From the NCBI GenBank assembly GCA_964016885.1, contig OZ024744.1, positions 127,162,001-127,226,000 on the forward strand: a DNA stretch of 64,000 bases, written 5' to 3'. Shown in pieces: positions 25,460 through 37,600 of this stretch (its first letter is position 1; each line of letters begins with the position of its first letter). The notes beneath the pieces were generated by a model. The model worked only from the letters and a program-made list of their open reading frames with translations. It made no database searches and was not told the origin of the DNA. The stretch comes from Eledone cirrhosa. Lineage: Eukaryota. The translations under genes were made by a program, and so were the position numbers.

Positions 25460-28400
25460 TTAAGTTGGAGTTAAGTTAAGTTGGGGTTAACTTAAGTTGG
25501 GGTTAAGTTGGGGTTAAGTTAAGTTGGGGTTAAGTTAAGTTGGGGGTTAGTTAAGTTGGGGGCAAGTTAAGTTGGGGTTAATTTAAGTTGGGGTTAAGTT
25601 AAGTTGGGGTTATGCTAAGTTGGGGTTAAGTTAAGTTGGGGTTAAGTTAAGTTGGGGGTAAGTTAAGTTGGGGTTAAGTTAAGTTGGGGGTAAGTTAAGT
25701 TGGGGGTAAGTTAAGTTGAGGGTAAGTTAAGTTGGGGTTAAGTTAAGTTGGGGTTAAGTTGAGTTGGGGGTAAGTTAAGTTGGGGGTAAGTTAAGTTGGG
25801 GTTAAGTTAAGTTGGGGTTAAGTTAAGTTGGGGTTAAGTTAAGGTGGGGGTAAGTTAAGTTGGGGTTAAGTTAATTTGCGGTTAAGTTAGGTTGTGGGTT
25901 AAGTTAAGTTGGGGTTAAGTTAAGCTGGGGTTAAGTTGGGGTAAGTTAAGTTGGGGTTAAGTTAAGTTGGGGTTAAGTTAAGTTGGGGTTAAGTTAAGTT
26001 GGGGGTAAGTTAAGTTGGGGTTAAGTTGGGGTTGAGTTAATTTGGGGTTAAGTTAAGTTGGGATTAAGTTAAGTTGGGGTTAAGTTAAGTTCGGGTTGAG
26101 TTAAGTTGGGGTTAAGTTAAGTTGGGGTTAATTTAAGTTGGGGTTAAGTTAAGTTGGGGTTAAGATAAGTTGGGGTTAAGTTAAGTTGGGGTTAAGTTAA
26201 GTTGGGGTTGAGTTAATTTGGGGTTAAGTTAAGTTGGGGTTAACTTAAGTTTGGGTTAAGTTAAGTTGGGGTTAAATTAAGTTGGGGGTAAGTTAAGTTG
26301 GGTGCAAGTTGAGTTGGGGTTAAGTTAAGTTGGGGTTAAGTTAAGGTGGGGGTAAGTTAAGTTGGGGGTAAGTTAAGTTGGGGTTAAGTTAAGTTGGGGT
26401 TAAGTTAAGTTGGGTTTAAGTTAAGTTGGGGCTAAGTTAAGTTGGGGCTAAGTTAAGTTGGGGCTGAGTTAAGTTGGGGTTAACTTAAGTTGGGGTTAAG
26501 TTGGGGTTAAGTTAAGTTGGGGTTAAATTAAGTTGGGGGTTAGTTAAGTTGGGGCAAGTTAAGTTGGGGTTAATTTAAGTTGGGGTTAAGTTAAGTTGGG
26601 GTTAAATTAAGTTGGGGTTAAGTTAAGTTGGGGTTGAGGTAAGTTGGGGTTATGTTAAGTTGGGGCTAAGTTAAGGTGGGGCTAAGTTAAGTTGGGGCTG
26701 AGTTAAGTTGGGGTTAAGTTAAGTTGGGGTTGAGTTAAGTTGGGGTTAAGTTAAGTTGGGGTTAAGTTAAGTTCGGCTTGAGTTAAGTTGGGGTTAAGTT
26801 AAGTTGGGGTTAATTTAAGTTGGGGTTAAGTTAAGTTGGGGTTAAGATAAGTTGGGGTTAAGTTAAGTTGGGGTTAAGTTAAGTTTGGGTTGAGTTAATT
26901 TGGGGTTAAGTTAAGTTGGGGTTAACTTAAGTTGGGGTTAAGTTGGGGTTAAGTTAAGTTGGGGTTATGTTAAGTTGGGGGTAGGTTAAGTTGGGGGCAA
27001 GTTAAGTTGGGGTTAAGTTAAGTTGGGGTTAAGTTAAGTTGGGTTTAAGTTAAGTTGGGGCTAAGTTAAGTTGGGGCTAAGTTAAGTTGGGGCTGAGTTA
27101 AGTTGGGGTTAAGTTAAGTTGGGGTTGAGTTAAGTTGGGGTTATGTTAAGTTAGGGTTGAGTTAAGTTGGGGTTGAGTTAAGTTGGGGTTGAGTTAAGTT
27201 GGGGTTAAGTTAAGTTGGCGTTAAGTTAAGTTGGGGTTAAGTTAAGTTGGGGTTAAGTTAATTTGCGGTTAAGTTAGGTTGTGGGTTAAGTTAAGTTGGG
27301 GTTAAGTTAAGCTGGGGTTAAGTTGGGGTAAGTTAAGTTGGGGTAAGTTAAGTTGGGGTTAAGTTAAGTTGGGGTTAAGTTAAGTTGGGGTTGAGTTAAG
27401 TTGGGGTTGAGTTAAGTTGGGGTTGAGTTAAGTTGTGGTTGAGTTAAGTTGGGGTTAAGTTAAGTTGGGGTTAAGTTAAGTTGGGGTTAAGTTAAGTTGG
27501 GGGTAGCTTAAGTTGGGGGCAAGTTAAGTTGGGGTTAAGTTAAGTTGGGTTTAAGTTAAGTTGGGGCTAAGTTAAGTTGGGGCTAAGTTAAGTTGGGGCT
27601 GAGTTAAGTTGGGGTTAAGTTAAGTTGGGGTTGAGTTAAGTTGGGGTTATGTTAAGTTAGGGTTGAGTTAAGTTGGGGTTGAGTTAAGTTGGGGTTGAGT
27701 TAAGTTGGGGTTAAGTTAAGTTGGCGTTAAGTTAAGTTGGGGTTAAGTTAAGTTGGGGTTAAGTTAATTTGCGGTTAAGTTAGGTTGTGGGTTAAGTTAA
27801 GTTGGGGTTAAGTTAAGCTGGGGTTAAGTTGGAGTAAGTTAAGTTGGGGGTAAGTTAAGTTAGGGTTAAGTTAAGTTGGGGTTAAGTTAAGTTGGGGTTA
27901 AGTTAAGTTGGGGTTAAGTTAAGTTGGGGTTGAGTTAAGTTGGGGTTGAGTTAAGTTGGGGTTAAGTTAAGTTGGGGTTAAGTTAAGTTGGGGTTAAGTT
28001 AAGTTGGGGTTAAGTTAAGTTGGGGGTAAATTAAGTTGGGGGTAAGTTAAGTTAGGGTTAAGTTAAGTTGGGGTTAAGTTAAGTTGGGGTTAAGTTGGGG
28101 TAAGTTAAGTTGGGGTTAAGTTAAGTTGGGGTTAAGTTAAGTTGGGGTTAAGTTAAGTTGGGGGTAAGTTAAGTTGGGGGCAAGTTAAGTTGGGGTTAAG
28201 TTAAGTTGGGGTTAAGTTAAGTTGGGGTTAAGTTAAGTTGGGGTTAAGTTAAGTTGGGGTTAAGTTAAGTTGGGGTTTTGTTAAGTTGGGGTTAAGTTAA
28301 GTTGGGGTTAAGTTAAAGTTGGGGTTAAGTTAAGTTGGGGTTAAGTTAAGTTAGGGTTAATTTCAGTTGGGGTTATGTTAAGTTGGGGTTAAGTTAAGTT

Positions 28401-31400
28401 GGGGTTAAGTTAAGTTGGGGGTAAGTTAAGTGGGGTGTAAGTTAAGTTGGGGTTAAGTTAAGTTGGGGTTCAGTTCAGTTGGGGTTAAGTTAAGTTGGGG
28501 TTAAGTTAAGCTGGGGGTAAGTTAAGTTGGGTGTAAGTTAAGTTGGGGTTAAGTTAAGTTGGGGTTAAGTTAAGTTGGAGTTAAGTTAAGTTGGGGTTAA
28601 CTTAAGTTGGGGTTAAGTTGGGGTTAAGTTAAGTTGGGGTTAAGTTAAGTTGGGGGTTAGTTAAGTTGGGGGCAAGTTAAGTTGGGGTTAATTTAAGTTG
28701 GGGTTAAGTTAAGTTGGGGTTATGCTAAGTTGGGGTTAAGTTAAGTTGGGGTTAAATTAAGTTGGGGGTAAGTTAAGTTGGGGTTAAGTTAAGTTGGGGG
28801 TAAGTTAAGTTGGGGGTAAGTTAAGTTGAGGGTAAGTTAAGTTGGGGTTAAGTTAAGTTGGGGTTAAGTTGAGTTGGGGGTAAGTTAAGTTGGGGGTAAG
28901 TTAAGTTGGGGTTAAGTTAAGTTGGGGTTAAGTTAAGTTGGGGTTAAGTTAAGGTGGGGGTAAGTTAAGTTGGGGTTAAGTTAATTTGCGGTTAAGTTAG
29001 GTTGTGGGTTAAGTTAAGTTGGGGTTAAGTTAAGCTGGGGTTAAGTTGGGGTAAGTTAAGTTGGGGTTAAGTTAAGTTGGGGTTAAGTTAAGTTGGGGTT
29101 AAGTTAAGTTGGGGGTAAGTTAAGTTGGGGTTAAGTTGGGGTTGAGTTAATTTGGGGTTAAGTTAAGTTGGGATTAAGTTAAGTTGGGGTTAACTTAAGT
29201 TCGGGTTGAGTTAAGTTGGGGTTAAGTTAAGTTGGGGTTAATTTAAGTTGGGGTTAAGTTAAGTTGGGGTTAAGATAAGTTGGGGTTAAGTTAAGTTGGG
29301 GTTAAGTTAAGTTGGGGTTGAGTTAATTTGGGGTTAAGTTAAGTTGGGGTTAACTTAAGTTTGGGTTAAGTTAAGTTGGGGTTAAATTAAGTTGGGGGTA
29401 AGGTAAGTTGGGTGCAAGTTGAGTTGGGGTTAAGTTAAGTTGGGGTTAAGTTAAGGTGGGGGTAAGTTAAGTTGGGGGTAAGTTAAGTTGGGGTTAAGTT
29501 AAGTTGGGGTTAAGTTAAGTTGGGTTTAAGTTAAGTTGGGGCTAAGTTAAGTTGGGGCTAAGTTAAGTTGGGGCTGAGTTAAGTTGGGGTTAACTTAAGT
29601 TGGGGTTAAGTTGGGGTTAAGTTAAGTTGGGGTTAAATTAAGTTGGGGGTTAGTTAAGTTGGGGCAAGTTAAGTTGGGGTTAATTTAAGTTGGGGTTAAG
29701 TTAAGTTGGGGTTAAATTAAGTTGGGGTTAAGTTAAGTTGGGGTTGAGGTAAGTTGGGGTTATGTTAAGTTGGGGCTAAGTTAAGTTGGGGCTAAGTTAA
29801 GTTGGGGCTGAGTTAAGTTGGGGTTAAGTTAAGTTGGGGTTGAGTTAAGTTGGGGTTAAGTTAAGTTGGGATTAAGTTAAGTTGGGGTTAAGTTAAGTTC
29901 GGCTTGAGTTAAGTTGGGGTTAAGTTAAGTTGGGGTTAATTTAAGTTGGGGTTAAGTTAAGTTGGGGTTAAGATAAGTTGGGGTTAAGTTAAGTTGGGGT
30001 TAAGTTAAGTTTGGGTTGAGTTAATTTGGGGTTAAGTTAAGTTGGGGTTAACTTAAGTTGGGGTTAAGTTGGGGTTAAGTTAAGTTGGGGTTATGTTAAG
30101 TTGGGGGTAGGTTAAGTTGGGGGCAAGTTAAGTTGGGGTTAAGTTAAGTTGGGGTTAAGTTAAGTTGGGTTTAAGTTAAGTTGGGGCTAAGTTAAGTTGG
30201 GGCTAAGTTAAGTTGGGGCTGAGTTAAGTTGGGGTTATGTTAAGTTAGGGTTGAGTTAAGTTGGGGTTGAGTTAAGTTGGGGTTGAGTTAAGTTGGGGTT
30301 AAGTTAAGTTGGCGTTAAGTTAAGTTGGGGTTAAGTTAAGTTGGGGTTAAGTTAATTTGCGGTTAAGTTAGGTTGTGGGTTAAGTTAAGTTGGGGTTAAG
30401 TTAAGCTGGGGTTAAGTTGGGGTAAGTTAAGTTGGGGTAAGTTAAGTTGGGGTTAAGTTAAGTTGGGGTTAAGTTAAGTTGGGGTTGAGTTAAGTTGGGG
30501 TTGAGTTAAGTTGGGGTTGAGTTAAGTTGTGGTTGAGTTAAGTTGGGGTTAAGTTAAGTTGGGGTTAAGTTAAGTTGGGGTTAAGTTAAGTTGGGGGTAG
30601 CTTAAGTTGGGGGCAAGTTAAGTTGGGGTTAAGTTAAGTTGGGTTTAAGTTAAGTTGGGGCTAAGTTAAGTTGGGGCTAAGTTAAGTTGGGGCTGAGTTA
30701 AGTTGGGGTTAAGTTAAGTTGGGGTTGAGTTAAGTTGGGGTTATGTTAAGTTAGGGTTGAGTTAAGTTGGGGTTGCGTTAAGTTGGGGTTGAGTTAAGTT
30801 GGGGTTAAGTTAAGTTGGCGTTAAGTTAAGTTGGGGTTAAGTTAAGTTGGGGTTAAGTTAATTTGCGGTTAAGTTAGGTTGTGGGTTAAGTTAAGTTGGG
30901 GTTAAGTTAAGCTGGGGTTAAGTTGGAGTAAGTTAAGTTGGGGGTAAGTTAAGTTAGGGTTAAGTTAAGTTGGGGTTAAGTTAAGTTGGGGTTAAGTTAA
31001 GTTGGGGTTAAGTTAAGTTGGGGTTGAGTTAAGTTGGGGTTGAGTTAAGTTGGGGTTAAGTTAAGTTGGGGTTAAGTTAAGTTGGGGTTAAGTTAAGTTG
31101 GGGTTAAGTTAAGTTGGGGGTAAGTTAAGTTGGGGGTAAGTTAAGTTAGGGTTAAGTTAAGTTGGGGTTAAGTTAAGTTGGGGTTAAGTTGGGGTAAGTT
31201 AAGTTGGGGTTAAGTTAAGTTGGGGTTAAGTTAAGTTGGGGTTAAGTTAAGTTGGGGGTAAGTTAAGTTGGGGGCAAGTTAAGTTGGGGTTAAGTTAAGT
31301 TGGGGTTAAGTTAAGTTGGGGTTAAGTTAAGTTGGGGTTAAGTTAAGTTGGGGTTAAGTTAAGTTGGGGTTTTGTTAAGTTGGGGTTAAGTTAAGTTGGG

Positions 31401-31650
31401 GTTAAGTTAAAGTTGGGGTTAAGTTAAGTTGGGGTTAAGTTAAGTTAGGGTTAATTTCAGTTGGGGTTATGTTAAGTTGGGGTTAAGTTAAGTTGGGGTT
31501 AAGTTAAGTTGGGGGTAAGTTAAGTGGGGTGTAAGTTAAGTTGGGGTTAAGTTAAGTTGGGGTTCAGTTCAGTTGGGGTTAAGTTAAGTTGGAGTTAAGT
31601 TAAGCTGGGGGTAAGTTAAGTTGGGTGTAAGTTAAGTTGGGGTTAAGTTA
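25460..31650 (+). repeat. Tandem duplication of ~3.1 kb (type B block)
   Basis: TATGCT 25611->28721 (3110); TAGCTT 27504->30598 (3094); GGGGTTTTG with T-run at 28276->31370 (3094). Confidence 0.88.
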
Positions 31651-34600
31651 AGTTGGGGTTAAGTTAAGTTGGGGGTTAGTTAAGTTGGGGGCAAGTTAAG
31701 TTGGGGTTAATTTAAGTTGGGGTTAAGTTAAGTTGGGGTTATGTTAAGTTGGGGTTAAGTTAAGTTGGGGGTAAGTTAAGTTGAGGGTAAGTTAAGTTGG
31801 GGTTAAGTTAAGTTGGGGTTAAATTAAGTTGGGGGTAAGTTAAGTTGGGGGTAAGTTAAGTTGGGGTTAAGTTAAATTGGGGTAAATTTACGTTGGGGGT
31901 AAGATAAGTTGGGGCTAAGTTAAGTTGGGGCTAAGTCAAATGGGGTTAAGTCAAGTTGAGGTTAACTTAAGTTGGGGTTATGTTAAGTTGGGGTTAAGTT
32001 GGGGCTAAGTTAAGTTGGGGCTGAGTTAAGTTGGGGTTAAGTTAAGTTGGGGTTGAGTTAAGTTGGGGTTAAGTTAAGTTGGGATTAAGTTAAGTTGGGG
32101 TTAAGTTAAGTTCGGCTTGAGTTAAGTTGGGGTTAAGTTAAGTTGGGGTTAATTTAAGTTGGGGTTAAGTTAAGTTGGTGTTAAGATAAGTTGGGGTTAA
32201 GTTAAGTTGGGGTTAAGTTAAGTTGGGGTTGAGTTAATTTGGGGTTAAGTTAAGTTGGGGTTAACTTAAGTTGGGGTTAAGTTGGGGTTAAGTTAAGTTG
32301 GGGTTAAGTTAAGTTGGGGGTAGGTTAAGTTGGGGGCAAGTTAAGTTGGGGTTAAGTTAAGTTGGGTTTAAGTTAAGTTGGGGCTAAGTTAAGTTGGGGC
32401 TAAGTTAAGTTGGGGCTGAGTTAAGTTGGGGTTAAGTTAAGTTGGGGTTGAGTTAAGTTGGGGTTGAGTTAAGTTGGGGTTAAGTTAAGTTGGCGTTAAG
32501 TTAAGTTGGGGTTGAGTTAAGTTGGGGTTAAGTTAAGTTGGGGTTAAGTTAATTTGCGGTTAAGTTAGGTTGTGGGTTAAGTTAAGTTGGGGTTAAGTTA
32601 AGCTGGGGTTAACTGGGGTAAGTTAAGTTGGGGTAAGTTAAGTTGGGGTTAAGTTAAGTTGGGGTTAAGTTAAGTTGGGGTTGAGTTAAGTTGGGGTTAA
32701 GTTAAGTTGGGGTTAAGTTAAGCTGGGGGTAAGTTGGGGTAAGTTAAGTTGGGGTAAGTTAAGTTGTGGTTAAGTTAAGTTGGGGTTAAGTTAATTTGCG
32801 GTTAAGTTAGGTTGTGGGTTAAGTTAAGTTGGGGTTAAGTTAAGCTGGGGTTAAGTTGGGGTAAGTTAAGTTGGGGTTAAGTTAAGTTGGGGTTAAGTTA
32901 AGTTGGGGTTAAGTTAAGTTGGGGGTAAGTTAAGTTGGGGGCAAGTTAAGTTGGGGTTAAGTTAAGTTGGGGTTAAGTTAAGTTGGGGTTAAGTTAAGTT
33001 GGGGTTAAGTTAAGTTGGGGTTAAGTTAAGTTGGGGTTAAGTTAAGTTAGGGTTAATTTCAGTTGGGGTTATGTTAAGTTGGGGTTAAGTTAAGTTGGGG
33101 TTAAGTTAAAGTTGGGGTTAAGTTAAGTTGGGGTTCAGTTGGGGTAAGTTAAGTTGGGGGTAAGTTAAGTTTGGGTTAAGTTAAGTTGGGGTTAAGTTAA
33201 GTTGGGGTTGAGTTAAGTTGGGGTTAAGTTAAGTTAGGGTTAATTTCAGTTGGGGTTATGTTAAGTTGGGGTTAAGTTAAGTTGGGGTTAAGTTAAAGTT
33301 GGGGTTAAGTTCAGTTGGGGTTAATTTCAGTTGGGGCTAAGTTAAGTTGGGGCTGAGTTAAGTTGGGGTTAAGTTAAGTTGGGGTTGAGTTAAGTTGGGG
33401 TTATGTTAAGTTAGGGTTGAATTAAGTTGGGGTTGAGTTAAGTTGGGGTTAAGTTAAGTTGGGGTTAAGTTAAGTTGGGGTTAAGTTAAGTTGGGGTTGA
33501 GTTAATTTGGGGTTAAGTTAAGTTGGGGTTAACTTAAGTTTGGGTTAAGTTAAGTTGGGGTTAAATTAAGTTGGGGGTAAGTTAAGTTGGGTGCAAGTTG
33601 AGTTGGGGTTAAGTTAAGTTGGGGTTAAGTTAAGGTGGGGGTAAGTTAAGTTGGGGGTAAGTTAAGTTGGGGTTAAGTTAAGTTGGGGTTAAGTTAAGTT
33701 GGGTTTAAGTTAAGTTGGGGCTAAGTTAAGTTGGGGCTAAGTTAAGTTGGGGCTGAGTTAAGTTGGGGTTAACTTAAGTTGGGGTTAAGTTGGGGTTAAG
33801 TTAAGTTGGGGTTAAATTAAGTTGGGGGTTAGTTAAGTTGGGGCAAGTTAAGTTGGGGTTAATTTAAGTTGGGGTTAAGTTAAGTTGGGGTTAAATTAAG
33901 TTGGGGTTAAGTTAAGTTGGGGTTGAGGTAAGTTGGGGTTATGTTAAGTTGGGGCTAAGTTAAGGTGGGGCTAAGTTAAGTTGGGGCTGAGTTAAGTTGG
34001 GGTTAAGTTAAGTTGGGGTTGAGTTAAGTTGGGGTTAAGTTAAGTTGGGGTTAAGTTAAGTTCGGCTTGAGTTAAGTTGGGGTTAAGTTAAGTTGGGGTT
34101 AATTTAAGTTGGGGTTAAGTTAAGTTGGGGTTAAGATAAGTTGGGGTTAAGTTAAGTTGGGGTTAAGTTAAGTTTGGGTTGAGTTAATTTGGGGTTAAGT
34201 TAAGTTGGGGTTAACTTAAGTTGGGGTTAAGTTGGGGTTAAGTTAAGTTGGGGTTATGTTAAGTTGGGGGTAGGTTAAGTTGGGGGCAAGTTAAGTTGGG
34301 GTTAAGTTAAGTTGGGGTTAAGTTAAGTTGGGTTTAAGTTAAGTTGGGGCTAAGTTAAGTTGGGGCTAAGTTAAGTTGGGGCTGAGTTAAGTTGGGGTTA
34401 AGTTAAGTTGGGGTTGAGTTAAGTTGGGGTTATGTTAAGTTAGGGTTGAGTTAAGTTGGGGTTGAGTTAAGTTGGGGTTGAGTTAAGTTGGGGTTAAGTT
34501 AAGTTGGCGTTAAGTTAAGTTGGGGTTAAGTTAAGTTGGGGTTAAGTTAATTTGCGGTTAAGTTAGGTTGTGGGTTAAGTTAAGTTGGGGTTAAGTTAAG

Positions 34601-37600
34601 CTGGGGTTAAGTTGGGGTAAGTTAAGTTGGGGTAAGTTAAGTTGGGGTTAAGTTAAGTTGGGGTTAAGTTAAGTTGGGGTTGAGTTAAGTTGGGGTTGAG
34701 TTAAGTTGGGGTTGAGTTAAGTTGTGGTTGAGTTAAGTTGGGGTTAAGTTAAGTTGGGGTTAAGTTAAGTTGGGGTTAAGTTAAGTTGGGGGTAGCTTAA
34801 GTTGGGGGCAAGTTAAGTTGGGGTTAAGTTAAGTTGGGTTTAAGTTAAGTTGGGGCTAAGTTAAGTTGGGGCTAAGTTAAGTTGGGGCTGAGTTAAGTTG
34901 GGGTTAAGTTAAGTTGGGGTTGAGTTAAGTTGGGGTTATGTTAAGTTAGGGTTGAGTTAAGTTGGGGTTGAGTTAAGTTGGGGTTGAGTTAAGTTGGGGT
35001 TAAGTTAAGTTGGCGTTAAGTTAAGTTGGGGTTAAGTTAAGTTGGGGTTAAGTTAATTTGCGGTTAAGTTAGGTTGTGGGTTAAGTTAAGTTGGGGTTAA
35101 GTTAAGCTGGGGTTAAGTTGGAGTAAGTTAAGTTGGGGGTAAGTTAAGTTAGGGTTAAGTTAAGTTGGGGTTAAGTTAAGTTGGGGTTAAGTTAAGTTGG
35201 GGTTAAGTTAAGTTGGGGTTGAGTTAAGTTGGGGTTGAGTTAAGTTGGGGTTAAGTTAAGTTGGGGTTAAGTTAAGTTGGGGTTAAGTTAAGTTGGGGTT
35301 AAGTTAAGTTGGGGGTAAATTAAGTTGGGGGTAAGTTAAGTTAGGGTTAAGTTAAGTTGGGGTTAAGTTAAGTTGGGGTTAAGTTGGGGTAAGTTAAGTT
35401 GGGGTTAAGTTAAGTTGGGGTTAAGTTAAGTTGGGGTTAAGTTAAGTTGGGGGTAAGTTAAGTTGGGGGCAAGTTAAGTTGGGGTTAAGTTAAGTTGGGG
35501 TTAAGTTAAGTTGGGGTTAAGTTAAGTTGGGGTTAAGTTAAGTTGGGGTTAAGTTAAGTTGGGGTTTTGTTAAGTTGGGGTTAAGTTAAGTTGGGGTTAA
35601 GTTAAAGTTGGGGTTAAGTTAAGTTGGGGTTAAGTTAAGTTAGGGTTAATTTCAGTTGGGGTTATGTTAAGTTGGGGTTAAGTTAAGTTGGGGTTAAGTT
35701 AAGTTGGGGGTAAGTTAAGTGGGGTGTAAGTTAAGTTGGGGTTAAGTTAAGTTGGGGTTCAGTTCAGTTGGGGTTAAGTTAAGTTGGGGTTAAGTTAAGC
35801 TGGGGGTAAGTTAAGTTGGGTGTAAGTTAAGTTGGGGTTAAGTTAAGTTGGGGTTAAGTTAAGTTGGAGTTAAGTTAAGTTGGGGTTAACTTAAGTTGGG
35901 GTTAAGTTGGGGTTAAGTTAAGTTGGGGTTAAGTTAAGTTGGGGGTTAGTTAAGTTGGGGGCAAGTTAAGTTGGGGTTAATTTAAGTTGGGGTTAAGTTA
36001 AGTTGGGGTTATGCTAAGTTGGGGTTAAGTTAAGTTGGGGTTAAATTAAGTTGGGGGTAAGTTAAGTTGGGGTTAAGTTAAGTTGGGGGTAAGTTAAGTT
36101 GGGGGTAAGTTAAGTTGAGGGTAAGTTAAGTTGGGGTTAAGTTAAGTTGGGGTTAAGTTGAGTTGGGGGTAAGTTAAGTTGGGGGTAAGTTAAGTTGGGG
36201 TTAAGTTAAGTTGGGGTTAAGTTAAGTTGGGGTTAAGTTAAGGTGGGGGTAAGTTAAGTTGGGGTTAAGTTAATTTGCGGTTAAGTTAGGTTGTGGGTTA
36301 AGTTAAGTTGGGGTTAAGTTAAGCTGGGGTTAAGTTGGGGTAAGTTAAGTTGGGGTTAAGTTAAGTTGGGGTTAAGTTAAGTTGGGGTTAAGTTAAGTTG
36401 GGGGTAAGTTAAGTTGGGGTTAAGTTGGGGTTGAGTTAATTTGGGGTTAAGTTAAGTTGGGATTAAGTTAAGTTGGGGTTAACTTAAGTTCGGGTTGAGT
36501 TAAGTTGGGGTTAAGTTAAGTTGGGGTTAATTTAAGTTGGGGTTAAGTTAAGTTGGGGTTAAGATAAGTTGGGGTTAAGTTAAGTTGGGGTTAAGTTAAG
36601 TTGGGGTTGAGTTAATTTGGGGTTAAGTTAAGTTGGGGTTAACTTAAGTTTGGGTTAAGTTAAGTTGGGGTTAAATTAAGTTGGGGGTAAGGTAAGTTGG
36701 GTGCAAGTTGAGTTGGGGTTAAGTTAAGTTGGGGTTAAGTTAAGGTGGGGGTAAGTTAAGTTGGGGGTAAGTTAAGTTGGGGTTAAGTTAAGTTGGGGTT
36801 AAGTTAAGTTGGGTTTAAGTTAAGTTGGGGCTAAGTTAAGTTGGGGCTAAGTTAAGTTGGGGCTGAGTTAAGTTGGGGTTAACTTAAGTTGGGGTTAAGT
36901 TGGGGTTAAGTTAAGTTGGGGTTAAATTAAGTTGGGGGTTAGTTAAGTTGGGGCAAGTTAAGTTGGGGTTAATTTAAGTTGGGGTTAAGTTAAGTTGGGG
37001 TTAAATTAAGTTGGGGTTAAGTTAAGTTGGGGTTGAGGTAAGTTGGGGTTATGTTAAGTTGGGGCTAAGTTAAGTTGGGGCTAAGTTAAGTTGGGGCTGA
37101 GTTAAGTTGGGGTTAAGTTAAGTTGGGGTTGAGTTAAGTTGGGGTTAAGTTAAGTTGGGATTAAGTTAAGTTGGGGTTAAGTTAAGTTCGGCTTGAGTTA
37201 AGTTGGGGTTAAGTTAAGTTGGGGTTAATTTAAGTTGGGGTTAAGTTAAGTTGGGGTTAAGATAAGTTGGGGTTAAGTTAAGTTGGGGTTAAGTTAAGTT
37301 TGGGTTGAGTTAATTTGGGGTTAAGTTAAGTTGGGGTTAACTTAAGTTGGGGTTAAGTTGGGGTTAAGTTAAGTTGGGGTTATGTTAAGTTGGGGGTAGG
37401 TTAAGTTGGGGGCAAGTTAAGTTGGGGTTAAGTTAAGTTGGGGTTAAGTTAAGTTGGGTTTAAGTTAAGTTGGGGCTAAGTTAAGTTGGGGCTAAGTTAA
37501 GTTGGGGCTGAGTTAAGTTGGGGTTATGTTAAGTTAGGGTTGAGTTAAGTTGGGGTTGAGTTAAGTTGGGGTTGAGTTAAGTTGGGGTTAAGTTAAGTTG

